From Cenococcum geophilum (lineage: Eukaryota): 64,000 nt of DNA. Below are positions 1-14,027 of the stretch, one piece after another. Position 1 is the stretch's first letter; each line of letters starts with the position of its first letter. The notes under the pieces were generated by a model. It made no database searches and was not told the DNA's origin. It saw only the letters and a program-made list of their open reading frames with translations. The stretch spans positions 7,254,001 to 7,318,000 of the forward strand of contig CP158636.1 in NCBI GenBank assembly GCA_050273025.1. Reading direction: 5' to 3'. Both the position numbers and the translations under genes were made by a program.

Positions 1-119
1 GCCCTCCACATTATCTCATAAATCAGACCCTCGGTGGACCGTTGGTACGTGCACTACGCGCACGGGCGGGCATACTGCTCTTTATTAACCAAAATTCACC
101 TTTTTCACTGCCGTATCTC

Positions 120-665
120 ACTCAAATCTTCTAATCTATACAGCCTGCTTATTAGCCTAAAGTTCCAGTTAAAAGGAGGAAGCTACAACGAGCCTTAGTT
201 CACAACCGTTAAAGCTCTCAACACTAGCAATAGCCCTCTAGATTAATACAAGCAGGCTCTTGGAGAGCTATAAGAGAAGATTATAGGCAAGAGTAGGATC
301 GCGAAGCATTGCTTAACTCCGCTATAGAATTTGGAGAAGGAGGAAATTGTAAGCATCCTAGCAAGAATAGAGCGCTTGAAGTCTCTCGTATAAGCTGCGC
401 TGGAGCTGGATCATTTATATATTATCTTACTAAACAGGCATAACATCTAAGGGCTTAAAAGCAGCATCGATGTAGTACATAAGGAGAGCTAGGTAATTGA
501 GTAGAACACAGATACGCTTAAGAAATTAGATAAGATAAGGCAACACGATATCCTAGCGGAATAAATTTCAACGTCAAACTAGCCTGCGCAACAGTCCAAT
601 ATTATTAATGCAAGACAGGAAGGTACCAGAGAATAGTTCATAAATTCCCCAGACGGCATCCCGTG
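120..665 (+). pseudogene. Truncated, RIP-damaged N-terminus of a fungal NACHT(-ankyrin) NLR-like gene
   Basis: RIP-reverted translation reads SNLYSLLISLKFQL..EPWFTTVKAL..GPLDQYKQAL..ERLKSLVQAALELDH..WISTSN.PAQQS.II.ARQEGTGEWFINSP. This is a typical N-terminal helical region plus the R..GTG.W motif that precedes NACHT. Stops fall at Trp/Gln codons and similarity ends before Walker A. Confidence 0.65.
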
Positions 666-842
666 GTGTATCGATGAACAGACAAGCAATCAGCCACTAG
701 AGGCCATGAGGATAGGAGTGAGGGCTACGCACATTGCGCTCAGCGCGGACTGTTAGAGGTAACAGTGTGCGAGGATAGATATAGCAGCTAGAAGTCATGT
801 TTCTTGCTTAGCTACAACGTATACTAACGACTTTATCTGTAG

Positions 843-1922
<1,080 letters not shown>

Positions 1923-2259
1923 TTAGAGCCAGAGATGTGACGATGCGTATGAAGTGATAGTTGGCGACCAGCCCATCTATACTACGGAAAACTGTTGGGT
2001 GTGCATATATACGTCTAATTCATCTCATCGTGCACGTCACCTGAGGGGCTCTAAGGAGGAGCAGGGAGGGATAGGCGGGCGCGATTTCCTATTCCCGGCC
2101 GAAATGGATTCATGCCGGGCTGGCTACCTAAATGCGACTTCTTAGCACATGGGAGGAATCCTAGCTTTATGTACCGGTAATCATAACCAGCATAACTGCA
2201 ACCTAAACAGACATAATCCTTGTACACGGCATCTAGCTGCTGTTTTGGACGGGAAGAAC

Positions 2260-3100
2260 GCCGATATAGTGTTCGTAGACCTGCAGAATCTACCTCAGAG
2301 CATGCTCTCTTAGTTGCAATGCGGGACACCCCATGTCTACCGAGAGACTCGGTCCTCCCTTTTGCCACTAGGGAAGTAGAAATGTCGGCCGACCTCTGCC
2401 CGTCGTTACAGCTTAAGCCGGTTTGCCACAGCGCAGGGAAGAAGTTCTGGCGCACTTACAAGCATGCAAGATTTTTTATTTCGCTGGCCATGGACGTTTG
2501 GACCCCCTGGATCCTTCGCGAAGCTGTCTGTTCCTAGAGGATTGGAAGGAGAGTCCATTAACTGCAGGAGATCTCTGTGACTACAAGATCCAAGAGAGCT
2601 CTCCGTTCCTTGGTTATCTCTCGGCCTGCTTGACTGGCGCAAACAAGGTAGACAGGCTTGTTGATGAGAAAATCCATCTAGCGAGCGCGTTCCAACTTGC
2701 GGGGTTCCGGCATGTTATTGGAACGCTCTGGGAAGTATCCGACAGTCACTGTGTAGACGTGGCTAGGGTGGTCTACGAGACGATCCAGCACGAAGGTATG
2801 ACGGACATAGCGGTATGTCGGGGCTCCATCAGGCCGTCAAGGCGCTACGGGCGCATCGATGCGACAAGAATGATGGGCGAAAACAGCACCACCGGAGCAG
2901 GCGGCAGAGGCGAATAATGGCAGGGTCGAGGTGGTACAGAAAGTGGACGATGAAAAAGCGCAGCAGGACTGGGCTGACTTATGAGGCTGAAGATGTAGGC
3001 GGTAGAGATAGTGGGGACAAGGAGCATGCAAAGGCAGCTGGAGATGAGAGGGGGTATGATGCAATTAGCGAGAGATGCGGAACTTTGCGATGAGAGCAGT
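2260..3100 (+). pseudogene. CHAT-domain (caspase-like) protease fragment, frameshifted and 5'-truncated
   Basis: HALLVAMRDTP..LPFATREV, then a frameshift near 2423, then FYFAGHG..LSACLTG..HLASAFQLAGFRHVIGTLWEVSD (His/Cys dyad). A second frameshift near 2820 restores VCRG-LHQAVKALR. No upstream TPR region is visible. Confidence 0.8.
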
Positions 3101-3828
3101 ACGCCACAGAGCCCACGAGTAAGTGGTCCGTGCGCGAACACCAGTTGTAAACAACGCGTGTACCTATATAGATTCCATCAATTAATTACCTACTACAATG
3201 CAAAATACGGTTCTGCAGGAATATAAGCGCTAGAAACCTCATACCGAGCGACTTGACTCCTAAAATTAGGCGTGTATATCAAATTACTATAAAATCAAAA
3301 GCTTTACATTCCTTAGTACGGGGGTTAAATTCAGCACAATTGATTGGCTAGTTCTTATCGATAACCATTGGACGCGAATTGACGGGCCAAGGGATATTGG
3401 GCTCCGTACTTCACTTTGGCGTCTAGGCGCTACCCAATGTGGATTCGGATTTTGGGCGTGTCATAGGCAAGGCGTGTTGGGTTCCTCTTTGCACAGTTTC
3501 TTACTATAGGCTAAATTTTCAGAAGATGTGATTTGGGAGTGAGTTGAATTTTTTTCCCCAAGGTAGACCATCGCGTACCTAAGCACTGCCTCATCTCCAA
3601 CTCTTATATAGTTGGCGGCTTGGCGTCTGCCACCGCCCTCATCCACCACAATACAATCAGTGTCAGACCGGTGACTGGTCTGGTGGAAATGATATATATG
3701 ATGCTCTATGAGGAAGAATCTAAGGGGCTCGATGGCCGAGAAGATATCTACAAGATGGCCCGCGCGCTGTCACGTGACACGTCGCCGAGCCCAAAGAGAC
3801 TGCCCACTCCCCCAACTCCAAACCACTT

Positions 3829-5776
3829 TTATATGGCCCGTTCCCATTCCACATACCGCTCAGAGCCGTGATGACCAGATGCATGTAAAATATCAAATTC
3901 ATTCGCCGTAGCCCTCTCTCCAAGCCGCAATGGCCACGATTTAACAATTGAATTTTTCTCCTTCATCCTGAGCCCGTTGACTGCGCTAATTTCGCTGAAT
4001 CGACACTGCTCCATAAATCGCCTGAATGGCTTATCAAAATCTCGAAACATAGCTGATGCCTCTATAAACCGAATAAAGTCTGCACTGGAGGGTCTGGCAT
4101 TGGCGAGCACCTCTCTTGTGAGAGGTAAATAACGGCAAATCCGATCTTTGTCGGATTCGAGTGAGGCGATAACGCTGGCACCATAAGACTCTTCGTGGAT
4201 TGCGTTGAGAAAGAGAGCCAGAAGAGTTGCCTTGGGATTTTGAGATCTCGGTTTGAGCAGCGGACCAAATATGGAGAGTGTGAGCTCCAGCCCGAGGTAG
4301 CCACGATCGGTGATGTTTGAAACCTGCAGTGCGTCAGCATAGAGAAATGCGATTGCATAAAATGTGCTAGCAAACCTCGATCCGATCGAAAGAGTAATTG
4401 GCTTGTCCGCCTCTTTTAAGGAGACTGGGCAACTCCAGTGCGTCTACTTGAAATAGCTGGAGGTCGACATTGGAGTTTCTGAACTGGTGACAAAATTGCA
4501 AGAGAAGTTTTCGGAGATAGAAGAACAGGCTTCCATACATGTCCTTCTTCGCAAAAGAAGAATGCTGAATTATCTCATCAATCCTCCAACTACGGAGTGG
4601 GTCCGAATCGTCTTTCATTGGCCAAGTGTCCTTCGTTTGGTAGAATGTCCTCTTGAGAGTTAGTGTTACCCTGCCCTTGTTAGTCCTTACGCACTTACGG
4701 ATTAGGTATATCAAATCCCTTTCGCGATGAGCCGAACGGTAGGAGAATCCCATCCTCGCGGAATTTCATTGTGCATACGCGCCATGCCGGTGGTTGAGTG
4801 TACAAGGCACGATCAACATAATCTCTCCTGCCCGGAGCCAGCATCACCGATTTACGGATCTTCTGAGCCAGGGCAGCCGAGAGCCCCTCCGGGACGTTAA
4901 AGAATTGTTGAAGACGAATCCATTGCTCTTTCCGGAGAACTAAACGCAGTGATCTAGTACCATATCTCCAGGTCTTCGCTTGAAGCGAGGATGGTGGTTT
5001 GGACTGAATTTTTGTGCATACGTCTTTGATTAGAGGTAAGATATTGTCTTGAAGTGATTGTAGGACTTCCACTGGTATTAAAGCTGAATACCAGATATGG
5101 AGCATAATCGGCATCGCTATCCCTGGTTCGAAGTGCAGCGCTGTCAAGAGGAGTATAGCATTCCGCGCTACGATGTCAAATTCCCGGTCGTTTATCGTCA
5201 CAGTACAAAGGCCTGTATATACTTCCGGAAGCCCTGCAATAGAGCTCACCAAGTTTCGGATATCACCAGAGGCAGCGATAACTCAGCTGCGGGTACAAGA
5301 TTAGGGGTGTCTGTCTTACCTGCAAAAAGTAAAGTGTAGTCTCTACCTTCCTCAAATCCTTCATTTCGCTCGAGATTAAGCACGTCCAGGGCTGGCATAT
5401 TACCCCACATATACTGTCTACCCCCAAATGGGGTCATCCCAAGATTGGATGCTTCGAAGCCCATAAATGCAGGATGGCGGCCTTCCTGACCCCACGATGG
5501 CCTCCATGATTCTTTGATATATGGGGATCTGCAGTCTTTCTTATGTGTCTTCCAATGAACCGATTGACATTCTTTATTACAGTACTAACGCCAAAGACGT
5601 CAGCAAATGCACCCTGAAATTCTTTCGAAAGCGGCATGAATATGACGAACCTGAACTAAATAGCAGCCGGCACAGACGTTTCTTGCGGACCCTGAACACG
5701 AGGATCCCGCTTCGAACGAACGCTCTGTGTTGGCGCAAAGGCCGGGGTCTAGTAGTGAAGAGTCCGCTGAAGGCAT
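3829..5776 (-). CDS. MYND-type zinc finger plus DUF4470-like domain protein (multi-exon)
   Basis: Exon 1 MPSADSSLLDPGLCAN..VCAGCYLVQ is followed by a GT..AG intron, then YCNKECQSVHWKTHKKDC (MYND). Downstream exons give YMWGNMPALD, LLFA|SGDIRN, INDREFDIVARNAILLL, FDRIEV and end at ERYVEWERAI*. Confidence 0.8.
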
Positions 5777-8118
5777 CAAGATCCGTCAACGATAGCGGCT
5801 GAGTCTGTAGTTTGCGATATGTAATTTAGTGCGTTCGGGATAATACAGGATAGCACAGGATATCCCAAAGTAAAAAATAGCAGTCTTGCGGGGTAGAAAA
5901 GACCAGCAGCCTTCGCACCGGTGACGTGGCAATTCATGAACCAGCAAACGGCAACAGGTATGCACGGCACTTTGCTATTTTCCGTTTACATGTGCTCCTG
6001 CTGTGACGTGACGGCTTCCTTTCGTGCGTCCCGAAGAATCTCCTTCATCCGAAAATAGAGCGTCCTGTCTTCGTTGTTTATCCATAGGGAAGACCACCCT
6101 CCGCAGTTAGTCGGCAGCGGATCATTTGGGTTTGTTTGGAGGGTTGTCAGAGATTATATACTTAAAGAACCAAAAATATACCCCTATAAAAAACTTAAGG
6201 TCAGCTTATTCCAATATAGTAAACTGCGCCGAGATCCTGAATGAGAAGGCCGTCTATGAGCGACTAGAAACCCATTATATAATCATCTATTGTCTTAAAG
6301 CTCTAGAGGAGTTAATTAAACTCGCTTTTTCTAACCAAGGCGACTTATTGACCTATATATAGGTAAACCCCTTAATATCTTAAAAATTTAGAGTTAAGTA
6401 GATTTAAGTGCTTATGGATGCATTCAGCCACATACATGCCCGTAAAGTTATTATCTAAGATATTTTTCTGCGGAATATCGGCCAAAAATGAATATATGGG
6501 CGATGGGTCCCATCCTAGTTTCTCCTCGGCTGCTGAAGACGACTTGGTTATTCCCTCCATTCTATCGGTGTACGAATCGATAGTAGTGCTTGTGTCCTCG
6601 TTTGGAAGTATCCTGACCGTGACACCTGCTAACCGAGTATCTTCAGCCTGGAGTTCAGTGATTTGATGTCTGCCGCTGCCTGCTTCAGATAGAAGTTCCA
6701 TTTCAATCGATGCAACATGCCCTTGTGCCCTGTAAGGAACCCTTCACGTCAAATATGTGAAAGTTTATCACACCGATATTCATCTTCTCCTCTGAAACTT
6801 CCACAATAATGCTACCACCATATGTCTGACTTGCTGAAATTATGTTCTCATCCAAATTTGTTCCCATGGATAGGTGCTGGGAGGAAATTTTATGCTTAGC
6901 ATCTTGGTTATGGCCGCGGACGAGGCATGAGGTACGTCGGGGGTCTTTAGGACTTATATTTCAATGGAAGGTGTTACCGCTAGCGTTGTACGAAGTTTAA
7001 CCATTTTTTATGACTACAATGTGTCAGACACAATTCTACTGTGTACGATGAGAAGACTAGCGGGGTTTCGGTCATGTCGTTAAACCCTCTCTACAGCCGT
7101 AAGTAATGTTCACCCGTGAAACCCAGTAACCTTCTAGATTTTGGGTGACAATTTTGGCTAAGGTAGAACAATGGGGGTAGCTTGGAGTGATGAGGGATGT
7201 GTACTTCTTTACACTAAACCGGAGGTCTCATCTCAAGGCCGAGGCTGGAAGCGATATTAAAATTTTGGAAAATCTCATGTGCTAGTTCTAGGAGGTGGTA
7301 CCAGCTTCCTTCTGTCTATCTCGTCTGGAGCGTCAGGCACAATGAAGACAGTTAGTCGTGGAATTAGGCCGTCCGATTTTGGTTAGTAACCTCGACCACA
7401 CCCTCTCTCTTCATGGAATCGAGTAATGGACACGTACCTGCTGGTAATCTGGAATTTTTCAGTGGGTAGAAACTGCGGAAGCGACAATCAGCCAACTTTC
7501 GTCCTCTTCACGTTTTGTTTCAAGGTGGCGTTGGCAAAACACCATCAAAGGAAAGTTGCTAGACTCTTTCTATTTCCGCGTTGGATAGTAGATGCAGTGA
7601 ATGGCGGTCTGGAACTGATATGACCTATCGTTCATATCAGGAGTTGGTGTGAGGAGGCGGCCGGTCCTGGCGAGATCAGTGATGAAGAGATGCTGGGACA
7701 GGCATGAGATGAGTGTGTATTTATGTCAGTGTAGTAGAACCAATATGTTTCATGGTGCCAAGACAATAAGACATGACGTTTCTGAGAAAATATGACTCTC
7801 AATTTGATGAGTTGAGTAAATGTACGCTACTTGCACCTTGTTCTACTATCGCCTAAGACTCTAAAAGGATGAAAAAGCCTCCTAGTCTAGTATGTCGGAT
7901 AATGAAACTAAAGGAATGTCCCAATGTTCCAATGTCCCAATGTCTTAAACCTCATCTTGTCCCAAATATGATGACGATCGGCATGTCTCATGAATCACAT
8001 GATGCCAAGGGTATTTCCAAAATTATTACCGAACCAACCGTTAACGCCGTGTCAATGTAAAATCAGCAGAAGCCCATATATATTTTTTTTGAAAAAGGAC
8101 GCGTCAGAACGAAGTCCC

Positions 8119-9003
8119 TCACGCAGCCATAGCGACCTGCGGATGTTGTCTCCGCATGTGTCGTTGTAGGTTGTCCCTCCGACTGAAACCGTCTCTGTTA
8201 TTACACCCTTGTACTGGACAGAAAAGTACTTCCTGGGGAGCGTGAGTTCTCTGGTGTCGGTCGCGGTCTTTGGGGTAGATGAACCCTTCATCACAAATGG
8301 AACACTTGTGAGGGCGTTCAGATCTCACTAAGTGAGTCTTCTTATGACGTCTGTCCGGTATTAGAAGATTGACGTAGCAAAAACGGTATGAGAACTCACC
8401 TTAGGTCACAATGGCGACTATATACCTTGGGACAGTCTGGAATGTCGCAAGGAAAGCCACCTTGCCTTGGTGCATTCCGTCTCTGGTGCATTTGGCTTAT
8501 TGCAGGAGGCGACCGTCTATCTCCCGGATTATATGGTCCATCCACCCACGCCTGCATTGTACTTGGCTGCACAGTCGTGGCATTCGCATTCAGTAGCTGT
8601 ACACTTGTAACATTGAGTTGGTTGTAACCATGCGTCTGCCCTGCCCATAGGCCGTCCGACTCGTTTCCGCTGGGGTCTTGTGGTAACCGAGGCCATTCGG
8701 GATGATCGAGGAAATCGCGTGCCGTAAAGAATCGTTGCACAGGTGGATTTAACTATTCAGATAAGCTAGTGCTGCATCAGAGTAACGAGGGTACGGTACC
8801 AATTCTTGTGAGATCTTATGCAAGCAGTAATTGATTGAAATACCACAAATGTCACACAACGAGGTCAGGATGCCTTCAGGATCTGGGTAGAAAGACTCCC
8901 CAGGCCCAGCCGTCATGGCAGGGTCTAGAGGAGGACTCTGTGCTAAGACAATATCGAGGAGAAGAGACAGAGAGAAAAGAATAAAAACCAGATTACCCAT
9001 CAT
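8119..9003 (-). CDS. C2H2 zinc-finger protein (three fingers); start uncertain
   Basis: FPCDIPDCPKVYSRHCDLR|intron|RHKKTH, HKCSICDEGFIYPKDRDRHQRTH and FCPVQGCNNRDGFSRRDNLQRHMRRQH. Confidence 0.8.
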
Positions 9004-10091
9004 AAAGTTGGGGCCTGAAGGGTACTGGTGAGGAAGGAAAGTGTCGCACTAGAGGAGTAGAGGGAGTAGGGAAAAAAAAGCCTGGTAGTCTCAAAATTAT
9101 GTCAGTGCGAATCTGGGCAAAATTCTATGTGAGTAGAAGAAGGACGGGTTAAGGCGGAGGGTTGCGTTGGTCGACCGATGTAAGGTGTGGGAGGGAGGCC
9201 GCCTGCCTGGGGCATCTCCATCACTGTGTGGCTTAGCAGGGTGATTCCCCCACGAGAATTTCATCTTGTTCACGGGGTACGGCGCTGCGATCAATTAGTC
9301 GTAGAAATACTCGGCTCGTCCAAAGGAGCAGAGAAGGATGGAATTGAGGATGCAGTGATGAGGATGCGGAGGTGGATGGTCGCTCCTGCGTGAAATGCTC
9401 CTTGGCGGGGGGTAAATGCGAGGGAAAACGAAACTCGTGACTATAGAAAGATTCAGACTTGATACTAATCGATAAAAAACAAATGAGAATGCATAGAAAT
9501 GATATACAACATATGAGAATTTCACATTAGTTGAATGCAGAGCATGGTTCCAAATGCAATTCTTTGTATAGCCCCACGTGCTTACGCGCAATCGTGTACG
9601 CGAACAAGGCAACCATCCCTTGCACCCAGCTGGCCAAATAGCAGTAGCCGAGTGCAATTGTGAGTATGAAACAAAGAGCAGGATATAATAGATATCTCTT
9701 CCCGTCGAAAAATCCTTGGGATGGCTTTGGAGATCCCACATTGGTTGCAATAATCAAAACCGGATAAGACCAGGAGGTAGACGCGTCCATTTTCGAAGCT
9801 CGAATACGAAGAGGCCAAGATGTTGCAAAGTTTAATACGTACTATTAACCATGCCCCGCAACGATGTAGGGTGCGTACTTATACCATAGCAGCTTCTCCT
9901 GAGCACTCATATTCTTCCAGGCTCCATCACACCGACTTCCAGGCAACAACCTTTCCACCTTCAAAGGCGCAATAATAGTCACTTTAATATCGGGTGCCTG
10001 CATACGGCTGAGCCTATTGCGGCACTCTCATTAATTCTTGGAAGCTGAAATACTCCCGCATATCAAAGCTTCTCAATCAGAATCCTCCATA

Positions 10092-10816
10092 ATGGCAAAT
10101 ACGACAGTTCACACCGGGCCAATCGCTAAGCTTCCAGAAGATTCGTCTCCAGGTTAGACTTCCACATTTTCCTGTTAGTGAGATTTGTCGCCGAATAAAT
10201 GCACGGAGAGCAAAAGGACGGTTACGCACCTATCCTATCGAGTTATTTAAAGCAAGCGCTTTAAGTCTTACCAAAACAGAGCCATAGCTCCAAGGCAGCT
10301 GCTTTATCAGCTGGGCAGGCCCTTTTCGCAAGGCATCTCTGCACCGGCACTTTCTCATTTCCTTACTAGACAATGGTCCATTCACTGATATTATGGCACC
10401 ACTCAGGTCTCAGATTCCTGAAAGAATACACCCCTGCCCTTGACAGTCTCAATCCCGAGTCTCCCTTGCCCAAATTCCTCTCCCCAAACGCTGTATTTAT
10501 CATGAACGGGGCTACGCCAACTCCTTTCGCAGAGATGGAGAAAATGTTCCAGATGCGCTCACAGATGCTGAAGGACTTCCATCATGACGTCACTAGAGCA
10601 TGGGATATTGAGGCCTTAGACGTCAGAAACGGAGCTAGGACAGTCATGGTCGACTGGACCTCGACGACAATATTGAAACAAGACGCTGAAGGTAAGTGTC
10701 GACCTGAATCGAAGTTCCTTACTACCTCTATAGTCTTTAACGAAAACTCCCCTCACCAAGGTCCATTTCCGTCTTTGGACCTGAGCAGCCGCCGCTTTAA
10801 CCTGAGCCGAGGGTGA
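10092..10816 (+). CDS. SnoaL/NTF2-like small fungal protein, probably 3'-truncated
   Basis: Exon MANTTVHTGPIAKLPEDSSP, an intron, then GLRFLKEYTPALDSL..FLSPNAVFIMNG..FHHDVTRAWDI..RTVMVDWTS. There is a GTAAGT donor at 10692 and the sequence after it does not look like a natural continuation. Confidence 0.5.
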
Positions 10817-13800
10817 GCAGCCCTGAGCACGCCCTGAGCACGTAAGGGGTGCCTGGTTCTGGGCCCTTGGGGCCTAAATTTGGGAATCGGCTAAAGATGC
10901 CCAACATCGCCTCGAACCAAAATTTTGGCTAAGACTGCTGCGGACTCAGCTACCCCTTGAAACCTATTGCTAACGTATTTACGCTTACCCCTTATCCTAA
11001 CAACTAACGACTTTAGCTTAACTTATATCCAGCTTTAAATCTTAGGTTGTTATACCGCAATTATTATTATTAAGATTAATTAAAATAGCTATATTGTACA
11101 AAATGTTCCTTATTAAATATTATTTTATTCTTCTAAGTATTTTAAATAGCATTTCCGTGTTGACTTCTGGCTAACGACTGTATAGTTTCCCCCTTTACGT
11201 ATACCGCTCATAACCGTAAAACTATAAGGTAATTAGCCGAAGGATTTACACGTACTCTTGGGCCTTTAGATACTTTAGCAGCGGACTAGGGTATAGGTTA
11301 GAGAGGAGATCTAATAGACCCGCTTTACCTAGTATAAACTTAAATGCTCCTTAGTTGGACTACGCGGCGCGGGCTTATAGGGGCATAGCTCGGCGAAGAG
11401 TAAACCGGATTAAATAGTGTCAGCTAGGTTTAGCCTAAGTTACGCAGATTATTATACGGATACGGCCTAATTCAGAGCAGAGGGGTTATATTAGTAGATC
11501 CCCACCGTCTAGGCGAGTGGGGCGGGTATAGCCGATATAGATAAGACAGTACTAACCTTAACTAGTTGGCAGAGCGGCGCAGATCTAAGGTAGGTATGGC
11601 TTTAAAGAGCGTAAGGGAGCTGTAGTAAGGAGAATAGTATTATATAGAGACGGCCTAATGCAGAATAAGGGGGTTATACTAACGGCGCGAGCGTTTATAG
11701 ATGGGCTAGATTGGACAAGTCTGGTATCTAGAAGTTAATTAAGTGGGGTAAATTTATGCGAGCACTAATGGCGGACGACGCTAGGGTTAGATTCGATAAA
11801 TTATGGCTCTTTTAGGCTAAACTACCCGCGTAAAGCTAAGGGGAATAGCTTAGTAATGTCCTTATATAGGTCTAACCAAGCGGAGCCAGCTCATGCAGAC
11901 GTGGCTTTAATTGTAAACGTTAAGGCAGGATTAGACAGCTCTAGTCTCCGGAAGTTTATCTACTTAGGTAACTTTATGCGAGCATACTAGATAAAACTAC
12001 GGGAATCTAACTAGATTATATAGTGGCGGCACTCCTTAACCTAAGCAAGTAGGGTAGGATCCTACGAAGCGGAGAGCATCTAGGTATTATTAGATGGTAC
12101 TAGCCTTTGTAAAGTTAAGAGGATTAAGCTAACCTACGGTTTGGTAGAGCATAAGGGGCCTAGATTAGGTAGAATTTATGGATTAACTAAAAAGACTAAA
12201 GTTATACGGAAACAGTACGGCGGATAAAGGGGCTTAAATTAGGTCGCGTAAGCTTTTACTAACTTATATATTCTTAAAAGATTAATGTAGAAATGGACTT
12301 GAAAAAGGAGTAAAGGCTTAGATTAAATAATACTGGCTATTTTATATCGCCCTTATATAGAAGTATAGATTTATCTAATACTATAAGGGTAGGTTTTAGG
12401 CTTAAAGATTAAAAACTCCTATAGTAAGAGTATGCTGCCTAACCTTTAGCAATCTGGCTAGCCAGATAGCTACTATAGGACTTATAGAAAGTATATCTAG
12501 CGCTAATAACGCTGGCTACTTAATTTATATACTTTGGCGCTATAATGTATAAGGTTATAACTGGACAGCTATATAAAATCAATCTCTTTAAAGACCGGCC
12601 GCCTAGTAGCGGAGGGCCTCCTTAGCACGCAGAATATCTAGCTAGGTTCTATAATTAAAATATACTAGACTAAGGGTGCCCTAAAATATACGGGAGCTTT
12701 AATATAAGGGCCGGATTGGATAGTTCTAGTTTCTAGAAGTTAGATTAAGTAAGTAGATTAATATAAATACGGTTAATAGAGGATAAAGAGGTTAGATTAG
12801 ACAGTGATAGGCCCTCCTCTAAGTTAAGCGAGTAGTGCAGAATTATATAAGTACTATTAGGTGGAGAATATAGGGACTAGATTAGATAGTGCTAATCTCT
12901 ATATACTAAGAGAGAGTTATAATTTTATATAGAAGGATTAGGAATCCGTAGGATAAGAGAGCTTACTAGTTTTAATATAAGTAATACAATTCTGTAGGCA
13001 CTAGACTATTAGAGGGAATTAATATATATATATAGCTATTTCTATTAGTATTTATAAAGAATTCTATAGAGGAGTTAGTATAGAAAAATAACTTTATATA
13101 ATAGGTTACGACTCTACTAAATTATCTATAGTATTATAGGCGTTCTTTTTGCCGGGATTTTTTATATTAATTCTTAGCCTAAAGCTTTAAACTATATTTA
13201 AATAAATCCCTAATTAGCCAGTAAGCGAATAGGGCTACTACGCCAGCTTTATACTGGATTGGTTTGCCTTTATAAAAACTATGTCCTATATAATAATACC
13301 GAATTCTAAAGGGTCTACTTAATAGTCTTAAACTTAACCTACGCTATACTATTATTAGTTATAAAAGTATTGCCTTTATATACTAGACGGTGGGCGCCCT
13401 TTAAGGGAACTATTTCTAGACTTCTTAGTTTAAATAGACTTGGGAGTAGATTGGATAGTTAGATAATGCTCTCTCTATAGGCTTACTAAGGGGTATAAGT
13501 TTATATAGAAGAATTTGAAAATCTAGGAGCTAGGTTACTTTAGCATAATTAAGCAATATAATTCCTATAGGCATCGTACTATTATCGACTTATTTAGTCT
13601 ATAGCGGTTAGTAGTTAGCATATTTAGGATAATGGTTAGAATCCTACTGCCTTTAGTTAGGTAGTTAAGCACCTTATAAAAAGCTAAGTAGTAAGGAATT
13701 ACCAAGGAAGCTTATATATGTATAACCTAAGCTACAAAAACTAAAGTAATTTTCCCATTACCTAGAAATATCCCTGTAGTAATACCGGTGTATATTATCT

Positions 13801-14027
13801 ACACTTTAACTAGGATTTTAAGATTAGTAGATATACAAACTTTACTAATATCCTCTTAGCTATAACTTAGAAATCTTACTAACCGGCTTAGCCTGTATAG
13901 ATAGAGTTATACAGTATATATGCCTAAACGTTTAGAGCTTCGGTCGCATCCTTCCTTATTAACGTTATACTTACTTTAAGTATAATAATAATATAAATAT
14001 ATATCTTACCCCCTTTTTCCAATTAGT

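Noticed and set aside
6126..6701. Short ORFs or a degenerate gene
   Set aside because: No recognisable motif and partly RIP-like; left uncalled.
8749..9003. Small secreted protein (hydrophobic N-terminus)
   Set aside because: More simply explained as the 5' part or a pyrimidine-rich intron/UTR of the C2H2 gene; no independent support.
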